Of a stretch of DNA of 32,000 nt, positions 13,085 to 23,961 are shown in pieces; position 1 is the stretch's first letter, and every line of letters starts with the position of its first letter. Made by a program: the position numbers and the translations under genes. The DNA comes from Wolbachia endosymbiont of Dirofilaria (Dirofilaria) immitis. GTDB taxonomy: Bacteria > Pseudomonadota > Alphaproteobacteria > Rickettsiales > Anaplasmataceae. Under the pieces are notes generated by a model. That model searched no databases. It had not been told where the DNA came from and saw only the letters and a program-made list of their open reading frames with translations. The DNA lies in the NCBI RefSeq assembly GCF_013365455.1, contig NZ_CP046578.1, positions 150,001 to 182,000 of the forward strand. The letters run 5' to 3'.

Positions 13085-13714
13085 ATGAAAAATATAATGC
13101 TGGTCGGTGGCGGAGTTGGAAATGCAGTGTTATTTTTAATAGGGAAGGCACACCTTAAAAACAATAGTAAGGTTCTATACTTTGCTGGCTATAGGAAATT
13201 AAATGGTGTATTTAAACAAGCACTGATAGAATGTGCGTCAAGTGCGGTAGTTTGGGCATGTGAAGAGGGATTGATAAAAATAAATAGAGGTCAAGACAGA
13301 TCCTTTCACGGTAATATAGTTGATGCGATAATCTCTTATCAACAGGGAAAATTAGGTGATACCATAGTTAATTTAGATGCTATAGATAAAATTATTGCTA
13401 TTGGTTCTGATAAAATGATGAAAGCTATAAATGAAGCTAGGAAAACAATTTTGAAGCCATATCTGAAATCTAGTCACGTGGCAATATCGTCAATTAATTC
13501 TCCTATGCAGTGTATGATGAAAGGAATTTGTGCTCAATGTGTGCAACGGCATATAAACTTGGAAACAGAAGAAGAGAGTTTTGTTTATAGTTGCAGTAAC
13601 CAGGACCAAAATATGGAGTTTGTTGACTTTGATTTTTTAAGTGAGCGTTTGAGGCAAAACAGTTTACAAGAAAAACTTACTGCAAAGTGGATAGATTATG
13701 CTCAAAGATGTTAA
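13085..13714 (+). CDS. NAD/FAD-dependent oxidoreductase C-terminal (dihydroorotate dehydrogenase electron-transfer/ferredoxin reductase-like) domain, probably a truncated remnant or stand-alone domain
   Basis: KNIMLVGGGVGNAVLFLIGKA...KVLYFAGYRKL...SSHVAISSINSPMQCMMKGICAQCVQRHI...VYSCSNQDQ...ERLRQNSLQEKLTAKWIDYA resembles the C-terminus of a much longer oxidoreductase in related alphaproteobacteria. The ORF track starts at TTG 13061; ATG at 13085 is a likely alternative start. Confidence 0.75.
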   Translation: MKNIMLVGGGVGNAVLFLIGKAHLKNNSKVLYFAGYRKLNGVFKQALIECASSAVVWACEEGLIKINRGQDRSFHGNIVDAIISYQQGKLGDTIVNLDAIDKIIAIGSDKMMKAINEARKTILKPYLKSSHVAISSINSPMQCMMKGICAQCVQRHINLETEEESFVYSCSNQDQNMEFVDFDFLSERLRQNSLQEKLTAKWIDYAQRC

Positions 13715-14231
13715 ACAACGAAAAAAGGAAGTAAGGGAGCAATATAGGGCTATAAGAAAGAATACTGATAAAAGCTATTCTATCTATGCAGCAAATTCTC
13801 TTATTAATCTTTTCAATAAAAACTTAAGTTATATTATAGGTAGGACAGTTGCGGCTTATGTTCCAATTGATCAAGAAGTAAATGTTGTGCCTTTGATGCA
13901 TAGTTTACTTAGTTTAGGTTATAAAGTAGCAATTCCTGATGAAAATAAGTTATTAAGATTCAAGGAATGGAGCAAAACAGGTGGAAATATACTCCCTGAC
14001 ACGATAATTACTCCTGTTATTGCTTTTGATGAGTGTTTTAATAGATTGGGTTTTGGTAGTGGTTGGTATGATGCTGTGATAAAAGGATTGCGGCCACTTG
14101 GAAAAGTGTTTATAGGCGTAGCTTATGAAAAACAATATTGTAAGAATTTGCCAGTAGAAGAACATGATCAAAGATTGGATATTATGATTACTGAGATACG
14201 TATTAGGTATAGATGTCAAAATTTCCTATGA
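13698..14231 (+). CDS. 5-formyltetrahydrofolate cyclo-ligase family protein
   Basis: 177 aa; VAAYVPIDQEVNVVPLMHSLLSLGYKVAIP, FNRLGFGSGWYDAVIK, FIGVAYEKQYCKNLPVEEHDQRLDIMITE match the MTHFS/YgfA family. Overlaps previous ORF by 17 bp. Confidence 0.9.
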   Translation: MLKDVKQRKKEVREQYRAIRKNTDKSYSIYAANSLINLFNKNLSYIIGRTVAAYVPIDQEVNVVPLMHSLLSLGYKVAIPDENKLLRFKEWSKTGGNILPDTIITPVIAFDECFNRLGFGSGWYDAVIKGLRPLGKVFIGVAYEKQYCKNLPVEEHDQRLDIMITEIRIRYRCQNFL

Positions 14232-14588
14232 TTTTCTTGTTGGCTTTCCTAGAAAATATTCAAAATATTGGTTGCATAACCAACTTGATTTTTCTTTTCC
14301 TAACCCTAAGAAGTTTGAAAAATAGTGTCTAAATTTTCAATTGCTTTCTTTATGGTAGAGTAAAGGTTTACAGCTGGGTATTCTGTAATGGTGCTTATAA
14401 TTCCTTTGGTTTTAGGATTTTACAATCTGTGACTGAATTGTTAATTCGTTCTACTATCGATAATATATTGAATGATTATCGTTCTATTCTATATAAGAAA
14501 TAAGAAAACCAATTATGATGCATGCTCTGGCGGTTACATTGTAAGATTGTTTATGGTGTTCATTTTTTGTAGTATGCAAAAAATGCGC

Positions 14589-14981
14589 TTAGATATAACA
14601 AAGGTGATGATAATAATTTATCTTTTGATAGGAGTAGTGTTCTGAATAAATGTCTACACGTCTGTTATTATTCAAGGGCATATGAATTGCTGAAATCAAT
14701 AATGACATAAGGCTATGTGTGTAGGTGTAATAATATTTTTTTATGTAGAAACTTTCAAAAAGAGAGCTTAAGTAACTCATCAGTTTGCCAAATGTTGGCA
14801 GTACATACCTTGCTATAGTTACTGTGCTAGTATATAGCTTAAGTTTCTGTTCTAATTTTAAACTTAGCAAAATTTTCTTGAAGTTACGTAAAAGCATCTT
14901 ACACCTTGCGTGCATTTTCCAGTGTATTTTTCTAAAATTGATTAAGATAGTAATGGAAGAGGAACGTGGTACTTGGAGCAT
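14589..14981 (-). CDS. Hypothetical ORF (130 aa), possibly spurious or part of a degraded gene
   Basis: Only a medium-length uninterrupted frame in AT-rich sequence; no recognised domain. Confidence 0.2.
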   Translation of the reverse strand: MLQVPRSSSITILINFRKIHWKMHARCKMLLRNFKKILLSLKLEQKLKLYTSTVTIARYVLPTFGKLMSYLSSLFESFYIKKYYYTYTHSLMSLLISAIHMPLNNNRRVDIYSEHYSYQKINYYHHLCYI

Positions 14982-15555
14982 ACAATTGAGTTCTTGGCTA
15001 TAATTATATATTGAATATCTACTTCTTGGACTAAAATTTTACTAGGGGCTACCTAGGTTTTCTTGATTTTGCTTAAAGAACTGATTCATATGTTGCAAAG
15101 TGCAGCATGGGAGGGACGAGAATTAGGCAATTTAGCTTCTTTTCTAGATAATGTAGCAAAGTATGATCTGTCTTAGAGAGGCTATTAACTAAATCATTAT
15201 TCCATGTAAATTCTAGCGTGGGGAATTATGTATGAATGCCTAGTGATGATTCTTTAATCCCTATTTAGTTTAGCATATTATTATAATGTGCATTATTTTT
15301 TGAAAAAGTTGAAAGTGAAAACGAGAGAGATTTTCTGTTTTTTTAATTGCTAATATAACTTGATGTAGTAACAAATGGCAGTTTAGGCTTTTCAGGGAGT
15401 TTAAATTTCATATAATTTTAGTATAGTTTATAGAAGAAAGGCTACAAGAGGTCAATATTTTTAGAAAGGTTTATTTTTTTGTGTGTAAAGGTTTCCATAT
15501 TTAGTTCTATGTTATTTGTATATAACAGTGAATCTAAAATTATCGTTAATGTGAC

Positions 15556-18051
15556 GTGTTTAAAAATGCTATGGATTTTATAAGAGAAAAAACTACTCCT
15601 GTGATGGAGCAATATTTAAACCTAAAAGCTCAATATAAGGATCATTTATTATTTTATAGACTAGGAGATTTTTATGAGTTGTTCTTTGATGATGCTATTA
15701 GAGCTTCGAAGCTATTGAATATAGTGCTTACTAAAAGGGGTAGTTTGTGTGGGCAGGACATACCAATGTGTGGAGTACCTGTACATAATAGTGAATCTTA
15801 TCTACATAAGCTAATAGATTTAGGATTTAAAGTAGCAATTTGTGACCAGTTAGAGACTGCTGGTGAGGCGAAAAGAAGAGGCTATAAATCTATAGTAAAA
15901 CGTGATGTAGTCCGAATCGTTACTCCAGGTACAATTATTGAAGATTCATTATTGGAAGATAAAAACAGTAATTATCTTGCGTCTATGGTTGAACATAATG
16001 AAGAATATGCTATTGGCTGGCTTGAGTTATCAACAGGAAAGTTTTTTTACTCTATAACGAGTTTGGAAGCTCTTGATAATGATTTGTTACGCATATCACC
16101 AAAGGAATTGTTGGTTTCTGAAAAGCTCACTGAGAATAAGAAAATTAGGTTGATTTTAAAAAGCTATAAAATATCAATCACGCAGCATGCTCAAAGTTTT
16201 TTTGAGTATAACAAGTCTCATAGAGCACTGTGCGAATTTTATAAAATTAGAGAACTTGGGGTTATAGGAAGCTTCAACAAAGTAGAGGTTATAGCTTGTG
16301 GTGCGCTACTTGAATATGTAAGAGTAACTCAAAAGGGTTCTGTTCCAAGGCTTGAGCTGCCAAAGCCCTATAAGCAGCAAAGTTTTATGCTAATCGATGC
16401 TTCAGCAAGGAGGAACCTTGAGTTATTTTCAACTCAATTTGGTGAAAGAAAAGGTTCACTGATTTCAGTCATTGATCAAACAGTTACAGCTTCTGGTGGA
16501 CGCCTGCTTAAACAAATACTTGCGTCACCACTTGCTTGTTCTAAAGCAATTAATTTGAGGCTTAGCACTGTTGAGTTTTTTGTAAATCATCATGAATCAC
16601 GTAAAAAGGTGCGAGAAATGCTTTCTAGTATTCCAGATATTGAGAGGTCATTGTCACGTTTAATGTTAGGGCGTGGCTCACCGAAAGATATTAGTTTATT
16701 GAAAGCAGGTCTTAAGAAGACGTCAGAGTTATCTAAGTTCTTGTATAAAATTGGATTTGATAAGGGTAAATTTATCTTGCAGCAATGTGTTACCTTAGTA
16801 TCACACTCTGGAGTGACATCCGATCCTAGTGAAAATGAACTAAGTGTAATATATAAAAGCCTTGGTGATCATAAGGAACTGCTTGAGCTTTTAAACTATG
16901 CTGTGCTTGATAATGATCTAAACTCTACAAAAGAAGGAGGATTTATTAATCCAAAATATGATAAGAGATTATCAGAGCTATCCTATATGCTAAATAATAG
17001 CAATGAACTGGTAACTAAACTCCGTAAATCTTATTGCGACCTAACTGGTGTTGCCTCACTAAAAATAGTGCACAATAATATACTTGGTTATTATGTTGAG
17101 GTATCAACAAATCACAAGTTAACTTCAGATATATTTATTCATAGGCAGAGTTTAGCAAATAGTATACGTTATACTACTAATGAATTAAAGGAATTAGAAA
17201 ATAAAATTTTCACGGCGCGTGATGCTGTGATTAATTTAGAAATAAAAATTTTTGGTGAACTATGTAGTAAAATTGCTGAAGAATCTGAGAAGATTGCTCT
17301 TGCTGCAAGTGCTTTAGCTAGACTGGACGTTAGGGCTTCATTTGCAGAGCTTGCAGTGCAAAACAATTATGTAAAACCTATTATTGATGATAGTAAGGAA
17401 TTTAATATCCGTAGCGGAAGGCATCCAGTAGTTGAAATTGACGGTAAGTTCATTGCAAATAGCATCGACTTAGTTGGTATACATCTAATTACTGGTCCCA
17501 ATATGGCTGGGAAAAGCACTTTTTTGAGGCAAAATGCTCTCATTGCAATTTTAGCTCATATGGGTTCATTTGTACCGGCAGATAGTGCGCATATTGGAGT
17601 AATTGACAAGATATTTAGCAGGGTTGGTGCGACAGATAATGTAGCAGCTGGCTATTCTACTTTTATGATAGAGATGATTGAGACAGCAACTATAGTCAAT
17701 CAGGCAACAGGCCGTTCCTTAGTGATACTTGATGAAATTGGTAGAGGTACAGGAGTATATGACGGGCTATCTATTGCTCAGGCGGTAATTGAACATATTC
17801 ATGATGTAAATAAGTGCCGTGCTATTTTTGCAACTCATTATCACGAATTAACGAAAGTAAGTGAATATTTAAAAAACATAAAGTGTTTCTGTGTGAGAGT
17901 AAAAGAATGGAACGGGAAAGTCGTCTTTTTACATGAAGTAGTTGAAGGTATCGCAGATGAGTCATACGGAATATATGTAGCGAAACTTGCTGGTTTTCCT
18001 GATTCTGTGCTAAATAGAGCAAGTGCAGTATTTAAGGAGCTAAAGGCCTGA
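15556..18051 (+). CDS. mutS: DNA mismatch repair protein MutS
   Basis: 831 aa; [34 protein letters not shown], Walker [63 protein letters not shown]. Confidence 0.98.
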   Translation: MFKNAMDFIREKTTPVMEQYLNLKAQYKDHLLFYRLGDFYELFFDDAIRASKLLNIVLTKRGSLCGQDIPMCGVPVHNSESYLHKLIDLGFKVAICDQLETAGEAKRRGYKSIVKRDVVRIVTPGTIIEDSLLEDKNSNYLASMVEHNEEYAIGWLELSTGKFFYSITSLEALDNDLLRISPKELLVSEKLTENKKIRLILKSYKISITQHAQSFFEYNKSHRALCEFYKIRELGVIGSFNKVEVIACGALLEYVRVTQKGSVPRLELPKPYKQQSFMLIDASARRNLELFSTQFGERKGSLISVIDQTVTASGGRLLKQILASPLACSKAINLRLSTVEFFVNHHESRKKVREMLSSIPDIERSLSRLMLGRGSPKDISLLKAGLKKTSELSKFLYKIGFDKGKFILQQCVTLVSHSGVTSDPSENELSVIYKSLGDHKELLELLNYAVLDNDLNSTKEGGFINPKYDKRLSELSYMLNNSNELVTKLRKSYCDLTGVASLKIVHNNILGYYVEVSTNHKLTSDIFIHRQSLANSIRYTTNELKELENKIFTARDAVINLEIKIFGELCSKIAEESEKIALAASALARLDVRASFAELAVQNNYVKPIIDDSKEFNIRSGRHPVVEIDGKFIANSIDLVGIHLITGPNMAGKSTFLRQNALIAILAHMGSFVPADSAHIGVIDKIFSRVGATDNVAAGYSTFMIEMIETATIVNQATGRSLVILDEIGRGTGVYDGLSIAQAVIEHIHDVNKCRAIFATHYHELTKVSEYLKNIKCFCVRVKEWNGKVVFLHEVVEGIADESYGIYVAKLAGFPDSVLNRASAVFKELKA

Positions 18052-18234
18052 AAGATTTGCTTGGCTTTTACAAGTGTTTGTTTAGATAACAGAGTTAGTA
18101 TATGATACTGTTAAGTTTCTAGTATAAGCTTTTTTCTATTATAGTATAAATATATTTAAGGTTTTCCAATGGGGTTTTGAACTATTGATAAGTCTGTTAC
18201 AATAAAGTATAACCCATTAAGTATCGCTTAAGAT

Positions 18235-18951
18235 ATGGAAGTTTTTTTGGTAGTTCTAAAAAAAGTGTTGGGTATGGTTTTTCCTGCTAAAGTAGTAAGC
18301 TCTTTTTTTGGAATAGGGTATTTACCAAGTTGGCAGAACTATTGGTCTTCTTTTTTAATGTTACTTATTATCAATGTTATATTAATTTTTATATATGGAG
18401 TTGATTTTATACTATATAAGATGCCATATTCAGCTATAATCATAGCTGCTGTTTTTATGAAATTAGCGATAGGTATATTAATACTGCAATTAATTGGTAT
18501 ATCTATCTTCCATATTCAGAACCCTTCAGCGAATAGTGGTGAAAATATAGTAATACAAATGGCGTCAGGACAGGTGTTGACTGTTGCATTTTCGATGCCG
18601 GCAATAATGTCAATTTATTATGCTGTAGGTAGATTATATGGAAGTATATGTAAAGAAATACTTCAGTGTTCGTCTTGGTTTAATAATTCTATGCACTTAT
18701 TCTTTTTCTTTATGATACCTTATATATTTTTTAATGTTGTGGAAGTAATAAAACCTTGGCCAATAAGTTCAATACAGCTTAGTTATAACAATGCAGTATC
18801 AATCACGTTTGAGGGGTTTTTTCATACATTTTATGCAGTAATTTTGCTGTACTTAACTGCGTTTATATTCTGCAATTTGACTATGCATGATGCAATTGTT
18901 CTAAATAAAAGCATAATTCAGTATGTGAAAGAAAGTTCGGTAGTCTTTTGA
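18235..18951 (+). CDS. Multi-spanning integral membrane protein of unknown function
   Basis: 238 aa ORF with about five or six hydrophobic segments; PSWQNYWSSFLMLL opening. Confidence 0.75.
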   Translation: MEVFLVVLKKVLGMVFPAKVVSSFFGIGYLPSWQNYWSSFLMLLIINVILIFIYGVDFILYKMPYSAIIIAAVFMKLAIGILILQLIGISIFHIQNPSANSGENIVIQMASGQVLTVAFSMPAIMSIYYAVGRLYGSICKEILQCSSWFNNSMHLFFFFMIPYIFFNVVEVIKPWPISSIQLSYNNAVSITFEGFFHTFYAVILLYLTAFIFCNLTMHDAIVLNKSIIQYVKESSVVF

Positions 18952-19036
18952 GTAACTATTTGCGTGATGCTGTGAAAATAAATATTGAATAGCACCTGTT
19001 TGCTTATATATTCAATATAGAAAATTTACGGTTTGT

Positions 19037-19876
19037 GTGAATCTACAAAATATAATAAAGGAATTGCAAGGGTTTTGGGCTGACGAAGGATGTACTATAC
19101 TTTATCCGTATACGTCTGAAGTTGGGGCTGGAACATTGCATCCTGCGACAGCTATGTCAGCGATTGACATAAAACCAACGAAAATTGCATATTTACAACC
19201 GGTAGTTAGGCCGGCAGATAGCCGCTATGGTGTTAACCCTAATCGCTTATACCAGCATCATCAATACCAGGTAATAATAAAACCTTCTGGAAATAACTTG
19301 CAGGATGTTTACTTAAATAGCTTAAAGGCTCTTAATATATCTACAGGAAAGTATGATATTAAATTTATTGAAGATGACTGGGAAAATCCAAGTGTTGGTG
19401 CATCAGGACTTGGGTGGGAAGTTACATGTAATGGAATGGAGGTGACACAACTTACTTATATACAGCAAGTAGGAGGTATCGATTGTAGAATGATTCCTGG
19501 CGAAATAGCGTATGGGCTAGAACGTTTAGCAATGTGTATACAAGATGTAGATAATGTCTTCGATATAATATGGAACGACAGTGGTGTGACTTATGGAGAT
19601 ATTTTTAAGCAAAGAGAGTATGAATTTTCTTATCTGTCATTAGAATATTGTAATACTAAAGTAGTACAGCAGCAATTTGAAGATACGGAAAGATTATGTA
19701 AGTTTCTTATTGAAAAAAAATTGCCGGTAGCAGCTTATGATCAGTGTGTTAAAGCTAGTCATCTACTTAATCTGCTTGATGCGAGAGGTGTGCTTGATGT
19801 GAGTGAGCGTACAGTGTATATTGGTAGAGTAAGAGAGCTAACAAAAGGATGTTGTGAGTTATATATAAGTAAATAA
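19037..19876 (+). CDS. glyQ: Glycyl-tRNA synthetase alpha subunit
   Basis: 279 aa; FWADEGCTILYPYTSEVGAGTLHPAT, PADSRYGVNPNRLYQHHQYQVIIKPS, DDWENPSVGASGLGWEVTCNGMEVTQLTYIQQVGG. GTG start. Confidence 0.98.
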   Translation: MNLQNIIKELQGFWADEGCTILYPYTSEVGAGTLHPATAMSAIDIKPTKIAYLQPVVRPADSRYGVNPNRLYQHHQYQVIIKPSGNNLQDVYLNSLKALNISTGKYDIKFIEDDWENPSVGASGLGWEVTCNGMEVTQLTYIQQVGGIDCRMIPGEIAYGLERLAMCIQDVDNVFDIIWNDSGVTYGDIFKQREYEFSYLSLEYCNTKVVQQQFEDTERLCKFLIEKKLPVAAYDQCVKASHLLNLLDARGVLDVSERTVYIGRVRELTKGCCELYISK

Positions 19877-19879
19877 TAT

Positions 19880-21985
19880 ATGTTATCACAACTGTTATTT
19901 GAGTGCCTTTCAGAGGAAATACCATCAAGGATGCAAGATTTAGCTGTAGCTCAAATTAAGAGTTATATTACTACTGTTTTTAGTAGAAACAATGTAAAAT
20001 TTACATCTGTAGAGGTTTTTGCAACGGCACGTCGCATTGCTCTTTTTGTTAATGATATAGACATTTCGGATCTGAAAGATTCTAATAACGAAATTAAGGG
20101 ACCAAATGTCAATGCACCGAAAAGTGTTATTAAGGGTTTTTTGAGAAAGTATCAGAAAAGTGAAAAGGATTTACTTGTTCAGAGAATAGATGATGGAGAA
20201 TTTTACTTTGTTAGAAGAGAAAGCTATTTGTTTGACATCAAAGAATTTCTTAAGAATCAACTGGAGAGAATGTTAAAAAAATTTTCTTGGCCGAAGAGTA
20301 TGAGATGGAGCGAAGGAAAAGAAAGATGGGTTAGGCCAATTAGAAACATTTTATGCGTTTTGAATGACGAGATAATACCTGTATCTTTTGCAGGGGTTAC
20401 TGCATGCAATGCAACGTATGGTCATAGATTTCTCTCAAATAGTGAGAGGCTTATTGTTGGAATGACTAAAGACTACCTTGAGTTGCTAGAAAAAAACAAT
20501 GTCATTCTTCAACCAGATAAAAGGAAGAAATTTATACTGGATCAGGTTAATAAATTTAGAAAAGAACAGAGTTTACAACTTGAAAAAAGTGATTATTTAC
20601 TGAATGAGTTGTCTGGGCTTATAGAGTGGCCAGTGATACTGTTTGGTAAAGTAAATCAAGAAAAGTTATTTGAGTTACCAAAAGAAGTAATTCTTAGTAT
20701 AATTAATACACAACAAAAATGCCTTGCTTTAAGTAATGAAAAGGGAATTTCGCACTTTGCCACTGTCGTCAGTGTCAACAGTGATGAAGTTGTCAAGGGG
20801 TATGAAAGAATATTAGAAGCACGTCTTACTGATGCGAAATTTTTGATATTTCAAGATAGAAAGGAAAATCTTGATTATTATGTCGAAAAATTGGATTCAA
20901 TATTATCTCATACTTATCTCGGCAATGTTAGAGAAAAAGTAAGGCGTATTATAGTTCTATCAAAATATATAGCTATATATGTTCCATGTGCTTCGTTAAC
21001 TAAGGTTGAGCGTGCCGCGTATTTGGCAAAAGCAGATCTAGCAACATCGATAGTAAGAGAATTTCCAGAATTACAAGGAGTAATGGGTGGATATTATGCT
21101 TCTTATTTCCAAGAAGATAAAGAAGTAGTAGAAGCTATAGCTGAGCATTATAAGCCAGTTGGACCAGAGCAAGAGTGCCCTAGATCTCCTACTGCGATTG
21201 CTGTGGCTATCGCTGATAAAGTAGATAGTTTAGTTGGTTTGATTGCAGTAGGTGGAAAGATTTCAGGTTCATATGATCAGTTTGGTTTACGGAGAATGGC
21301 AATTGGTATGATTAGAACGATACTCGAGAATAATTTACATATTTCAATTAGGTTACTGATAGATAAGTCGGTATCTTTATATTCAGGACTTATATTTGTT
21401 GAGGATTCAGTATCAATTAGTCAGTCAAGTAAGCTAAATAGGAGGCAAATTGTAGAACTTGTCCTTAAATTTTGTCTAGGGAGATTTAAGGTTATTTTAA
21501 AAAATAAAGGTGTAAGGCAAGATATTGTGGATTCAGTTTTACATAAAACTGATGTTGATGATCTACTGGCAGCAGAGAAGCAAACTGTTATATTGGATTA
21601 TTATCTCGGTACGCCTAAAGGCAAGCAGATTCTGGGTACTTATAAAAGGGTGAGTAATATAGTTAGCAAGGCAAAAAAAAATTCTGATGCTACTTACAGA
21701 ATGTCTTATAATAAAAAATTTTTGGTTGATAGTGAAGAAATAATGTTATCGAATCGTACTGTAGCTGTTTGTAGAAGCATCAAACAAGCAATGAAAAATA
21801 ATCACTTCAATAAGGCACTTGATGAACTTAGTGAATTCCTTCCACTTATTAATCAGTTTATGGACAATGTAAAGATCAACTGTGCTTCTGATAAGCTGAG
21901 AGGGAATAGATTCTCTTTACTTGCGAGCGTTATTTCTATCTTTCATTCAATAGCATATTTCAACTTTATACAAGCTAAGCAATGA
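19880..21985 (+). CDS. glyS: Glycyl-tRNA synthetase beta subunit
   Basis: 701 aa; LLFECLSEEIPSRMQ, FSWPKSMRW, EGLSGLIEWP-like SGLIEWPVIL, LADKVDSLVGLIAVG..SGSYDQFGLRR. Directly downstream of glyQ. Confidence 0.96.
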   Translation: MLSQLLFECLSEEIPSRMQDLAVAQIKSYITTVFSRNNVKFTSVEVFATARRIALFVNDIDISDLKDSNNEIKGPNVNAPKSVIKGFLRKYQKSEKDLLVQRIDDGEFYFVRRESYLFDIKEFLKNQLERMLKKFSWPKSMRWSEGKERWVRPIRNILCVLNDEIIPVSFAGVTACNATYGHRFLSNSERLIVGMTKDYLELLEKNNVILQPDKRKKFILDQVNKFRKEQSLQLEKSDYLLNELSGLIEWPVILFGKVNQEKLFELPKEVILSIINTQQKCLALSNEKGISHFATVVSVNSDEVVKGYERILEARLTDAKFLIFQDRKENLDYYVEKLDSILSHTYLGNVREKVRRIIVLSKYIAIYVPCASLTKVERAAYLAKADLATSIVREFPELQGVMGGYYASYFQEDKEVVEAIAEHYKPVGPEQECPRSPTAIAVAIADKVDSLVGLIAVGGKISGSYDQFGLRRMAIGMIRTILENNLHISIRLLIDKSVSLYSGLIFVEDSVSISQSSKLNRRQIVELVLKFCLGRFKVILKNKGVRQDIVDSVLHKTDVDDLLAAEKQTVILDYYLGTPKGKQILGTYKRVSNIVSKAKKNSDATYRMSYNKKFLVDSEEIMLSNRTVAVCRSIKQAMKNNHFNKALDELSEFLPLINQFMDNVKINCASDKLRGNRFSLLASVISIFHSIAYFNFIQAKQ

Positions 21986-23637
21986 ATTGTGTCATAGATG
22001 TTCAGGCAATAAAAAAGCAAATCGAGTTATCTACTCAGTCCTGTGGTGTATATAAGATGACTGGAGAGGAGGGTAAGGTTTTATATGTTGGAAAAGCAAA
22101 AAACTTAAAATCGAGATTGTCTAACTACCTTCGATTTGGAAACCTTTCTAAACGAGTCAAGGTTATGCTCTCACAGACTATTAAGATAGAAACTTTTTTA
22201 ACTAAAAATGAAATTGAAGCTTTGCTTCTTGAAGCGCGATTAATAAAGTCACTAAAGCCTACTTATAATGTTATGCTTAAGGATGGAAAATCTTATCCTT
22301 ATATAGCGATTTCTAAACACGATTATCCGAGTATAGCACAACATAGAGGCAAACTTAAAAAGGGTGAATTTTACTATTATGGTCCATTTACGTCTGCCAT
22401 TGCTGTTAAACAGACTATATTATCATTGCAAAAAACTTTTCTCTTGAGAGTATGTTCAGATAAAAAGTTCTCCTTGACTAAAAGGCCATGTTTTGAACAT
22501 TATGTTAGGCGCTGTTCAGCACCATGTATAGGTAAAATCACAAAAGATGATTACTACCAATCAGTGAAACAAGCGCGGGATACATTGCTTGGAAGAAACA
22601 ATAAAGTGGAAGAGCAGTTGCTTTTTACAATGAAAAAGTATAGCAATGAGCAGAACTATGAGCTTGCTGCTGTATATAGAGATCGAATAAGACTTCTTAA
22701 GCAAATTCAAATGCAGCCAATGGATTTTTCTTTTGAAAAAGATGCAGACTTTTTCAGCATTGTACGTAAAGAAAATCTAGTGTGTATTAATATGTTATCA
22801 TTCAGAAATAAAGAAAATTACGGAAGTTCTTCTTACTTTGCTGAAAACTGTAATGATAATCATTCAGATGATGAAATTTTGTCTGCTTTTTTGATCAATC
22901 TATATAACTTTGCTGATGTGACTCCAGTGCAAATTTATATTCCAGATTTTATCACAAATAAGAAAATTATAGAGCAGGCGCTATGTAAGGTTACTCGCAA
23001 ACCAATAAAGGTTTTTCATGCAAAGAGTGGTAAAGAACGTGATTTGTTAGAGTTTGTTTTTAATAATTCTCGATATAGCTTGGAACAAAAGCTTATTGAT
23101 TGTAAAGGTAGTCTAGAAAAACTTGAAAAGCTGAGTGAAGTTTTCTCATTACCAAATATTCCAAAACGTATTGAAATTTATGATAATAGCCATATATCTG
23201 GGAGTCACCAAATTGGTGTAATGGTTGTTGCAGGACAAGAAGGTTTTTTAAAGAGTGAATACAGAAAATTTGCTATAAAAGGAGAAGTTTCAAGTGATGA
23301 CTATAAAATGATGAGGGAAGTGTTAATCAGGCGTTTCTCTGGCGAGATAAAGGATATAATTCCTGATTTTCTCTTAATTGATGGTGGGCCTGGGCATGTT
23401 TCTGCAGTGCAGAATGTGTTGCAAATATTGAGAATAGATGTTCCTTTTGCTTGCATGGCAAAGGGTTCTTGTCGCAGTGCGGGTAACGAAAAATTTTATA
23501 TGTTAGGTAGGGAGGAGTTTAGTCTGGCAAATGACAGTAAAACCATGCTTTACTTGCAACTGCTTCGTAATGAAGCTCATCGTTTTGCAATAGCTTCACA
23601 TAGAAAAAAACGTGATAAACAATTTATAGTTTCATGA
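21982..23637 (+). CDS. uvrC: Excinuclease ABC subunit C, C-terminally truncated (lacks the (HhH)2 domain)
   Basis: 551 aa; GIY-YIG N-terminus GVYKMTGEEGKVLYVGKAKNLKSRLSNYL, Cys-rich RRCSAPCIG, YDNSHISGSHQIGVMVV, DFLLIDGGPGHVSAV, NEAHRFAIASHRKKRDK; stops at ..KQFIVS where the tandem helix-hairpin-helix region would follow. Overlaps glyS by 4 bp. Confidence 0.95.
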   Translation: MNCVIDVQAIKKQIELSTQSCGVYKMTGEEGKVLYVGKAKNLKSRLSNYLRFGNLSKRVKVMLSQTIKIETFLTKNEIEALLLEARLIKSLKPTYNVMLKDGKSYPYIAISKHDYPSIAQHRGKLKKGEFYYYGPFTSAIAVKQTILSLQKTFLLRVCSDKKFSLTKRPCFEHYVRRCSAPCIGKITKDDYYQSVKQARDTLLGRNNKVEEQLLFTMKKYSNEQNYELAAVYRDRIRLLKQIQMQPMDFSFEKDADFFSIVRKENLVCINMLSFRNKENYGSSSYFAENCNDNHSDDEILSAFLINLYNFADVTPVQIYIPDFITNKKIIEQALCKVTRKPIKVFHAKSGKERDLLEFVFNNSRYSLEQKLIDCKGSLEKLEKLSEVFSLPNIPKRIEIYDNSHISGSHQIGVMVVAGQEGFLKSEYRKFAIKGEVSSDDYKMMREVLIRRFSGEIKDIIPDFLLIDGGPGHVSAVQNVLQILRIDVPFACMAKGSCRSAGNEKFYMLGREEFSLANDSKTMLYLQLLRNEAHRFAIASHRKKRDKQFIVS

Positions 23638-23766
23638 TTAAAAAAGTATCCAACTTGCAACAAGAAAAGCATTATCTTCTTATTTTATTTCGGTAGAAAA
23701 TATAAGCAAGGTTTCTCTCTAACTAAAATTAGCAAGGGGTTAGCAGAAGTTATTTTAAGCACTTAA
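23638..23766 (+). pseudogene. uvrC: Relic of the UvrC C-terminal helix-hairpin-helix domain
   Basis: Downstream of the TGA, the +1 frame reads SIQLATRKALSSYFISVENISKVSL and then the original frame reads SLTKISKGLAEVILST*. Together these resemble (PGIG)xxxRKALLSYFGSVENISKASLxEISK(VPGIS)xxLAEVI of intact UvrC. Confidence 0.82.
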
Positions 23767-23961
23767 ATTCATAGCTAGTGAAGGTGAACGCTTATATATT
23801 ACAGAATCGATGCTACTTGAGTAATGATGACCTAAACACTGGTATCTATATAACTGAAGTAGAATAAGGGAAGATAATTTGAAGCGATAAATTTTGCTAC
23901 ATATTAAGGCTAAGATACTATTCGATATAACAACTTAGGGAGGCCTTTTAATTATAGAAAG

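Noticed and set aside
12952-13164. 70 aa minus-strand ORF overlapping tRNA-Ser
   Set aside because: Includes the tRNA complement; contains the well-known spurious 'GGFEPP' type peptide produced by translating a tRNA T-arm.
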